Source of the DNA: Candidatus Bathyarchaeota archaeon | Lineage (GTDB): Archaea > Thermoproteota > Bathyarchaeia > TCS64 > PIYN01 | Length of the DNA: 64,000 nt | Assembly (NCBI GenBank): GCA_003601775.1 | Contig: PIYN01000014.1 | Span: 10,479 to 74,478 of the forward strand | Direction: 5' to 3' | Part shown: piece by piece, positions 63,204 to 64,000 of the stretch | Layout: every line of letters begins with the position of its first letter | Numbering within the stretch: the first letter of the stretch is position 1 | Program-made: the position numbers and the translations under genes | The notes under the pieces: model-generated | What the model was told of the DNA's origin: nothing | The model's input: only the letters and a program-made list of their open reading frames with translations | The model's database searches: none

Positions 63204-64000
63204 ATGGAGAAGGTCAAGTCTCCCCGGATCATCACAGAGATACCCGGGCCGAAGACTAGGGAGTTCTTGAAGGAGCTGGGATTGCCGGTCGAGTATGCGC
63301 GCATCTACCCCATGCCCGTCGAGGCTGAGGGGATCTGGATGAAGGACCTCGACGGCAACATCTTCATCGACTTCATCTCCGGGAGGTGCGTCGTCAACGT
63401 AGGTCACCGGCACCCGAAGGTCGTCCAAGCGATAAAGGAACAGGCCGATAGGATCATCCATGGGACCGGCCTCCTCAGGGCGAAGCTCACGAAGCGCCTC
63501 GCCGAGGTCACCCCCGGGGACTTCCCCAAGAACGTCGTCTTCCCCCTCTCCGGCTCAGGGACCAACGACGCGGGGATAAAGCTCGCCCGATGGTCGAGTA
63601 GACGCCCCTACATCATCGCCTTCACGGGCGCCTACCACGGCGTGACCTACGGCGCCCTCTCTGTCTCCTCCTACCTCCCGAGGATGGTGAAGGGCTACGG
63701 ACCCAACCTCCCAGGCATATACCACATGCCCTACCCCTACTGCTACCGATGCCCCTTCAGGCTCGAGCACCCCGACTGCGACCTCCAGTGCCTCAGGTAC
63801 ATGGAGGACTACGCCTTTAAGAGCTACCTCCCGCCAGAGGAGGTCGCGGCCGTCCTCTTCGAGCCCATCGAGGGGGACGCGGGGTGGATCGTCCCACCCG
63901 ACGACTGGCTCCCCACTCTGAAGAGGATCTGCGATGACCATGGCATCCTCCTCATCGCCGAGGAGGTGCAGACGGGCTTCGGGCGCACCGGGAAGTGGTT
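63204..64000 (+). CDS. class III aminotransferase (4-aminobutyrate/acetylornithine/diamine aminotransferase family), 3'-truncated by window end
   Basis: ATG at 63204; MEKVKSPRIITEIPGPKTREFL...GSGTNDAGIKLAR...EPIEGDAGWIVPPDDWL...AEEVQTGFGRTGKW matches the class-III signature region; open to the window end. Confidence 0.8.
   Translation, partial: MEKVKSPRIITEIPGPKTREFLKELGLPVEYARIYPMPVEAEGIWMKDLDGNIFIDFISGRCVVNVGHRHPKVVQAIKEQADRIIHGTGLLRAKLTKRLAEVTPGDFPKNVVFPLSGSGTNDAGIKLARWSSRRPYIIAFTGAYHGVTYGALSVSSYLPRMVKGYGPNLPGIYHMPYPYCYRCPFRLEHPDCDLQCLRYMEDYAFKSYLPPEEVAAVLFEPIEGDAGWIVPPDDWLPTLKRICDDHGILLIAEEVQTGFGRTGKW

Overview
This is a GC-rich archaeal chromosomal segment, densely coding on both strands. 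Codons show a strong G/C third-position bias, and the proteins are Arg/Glu-rich. Archaeal hallmarks include aIF1/SUI1, RadA, Hjc, 2-oxoacid:ferredoxin oxidoreductases and an ADP-forming acetyl-CoA synthetase.

Main contents, in order:
- radA, a SUI1 homologue and an ACT-domain regulator divergent from an arginine block: argG, argH (split by a frameshift), argF, carA, carB. An identical 18-nt AT-rich motif sits upstream of both argG and argF.
- hjc followed by a Lon-like protease with a degenerate Walker A motif.
- trxB, eno, an HpcH/HpaI aldolase, GMP synthase subunit B, a GNAT acetyltransferase, prs, sucCD and an acdA-type acyl-CoA synthetase operon.
- Two paralogous 2-oxoacid:ferredoxin oxidoreductase clusters, gamma-delta plus a fused alpha-beta, and gamma-delta-alpha-beta. 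Each ends in an oligo-T terminator.
- A free-standing ThrRS-type editing domain, an AlaX-like trans-editing protein, alanine racemase and a LarA-family racemase in one neighbourhood.
- An ~8 kb glycosylation cluster with 2 large GT-C membrane proteins, 2 GT4 and 2 GT2 enzymes.
- A small CooT-like ORF, TatD and pyrF.
- An AT-rich segment carrying an RHH protein, a small membrane protein and an M48 peptidase.
- Two saccharopine-dehydrogenase paralogues flanking Zn-ribbon/Cys-rich membrane proteins.
- ilvE, an SBP/fused-permease/2x TOBE-ATPase/DUF47 ABC transporter operon, and a partial class-III aminotransferase at the window end.

No rRNA, tRNA or CRISPR array was found. At least two genes, and possibly four, are interrupted by single frameshifts. 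These are either real pseudogenes or indel errors in the assembly.

Candidates for novel biology:
- the GT-C glycosylation cluster that lacks AglB hallmarks;
- the D-amino-acid / tRNA-editing neighbourhood;
- the Lon-like (LonC-type) protease beside hjc;
- the fused porAB;
- the AT-rich RHH/M48 segment.
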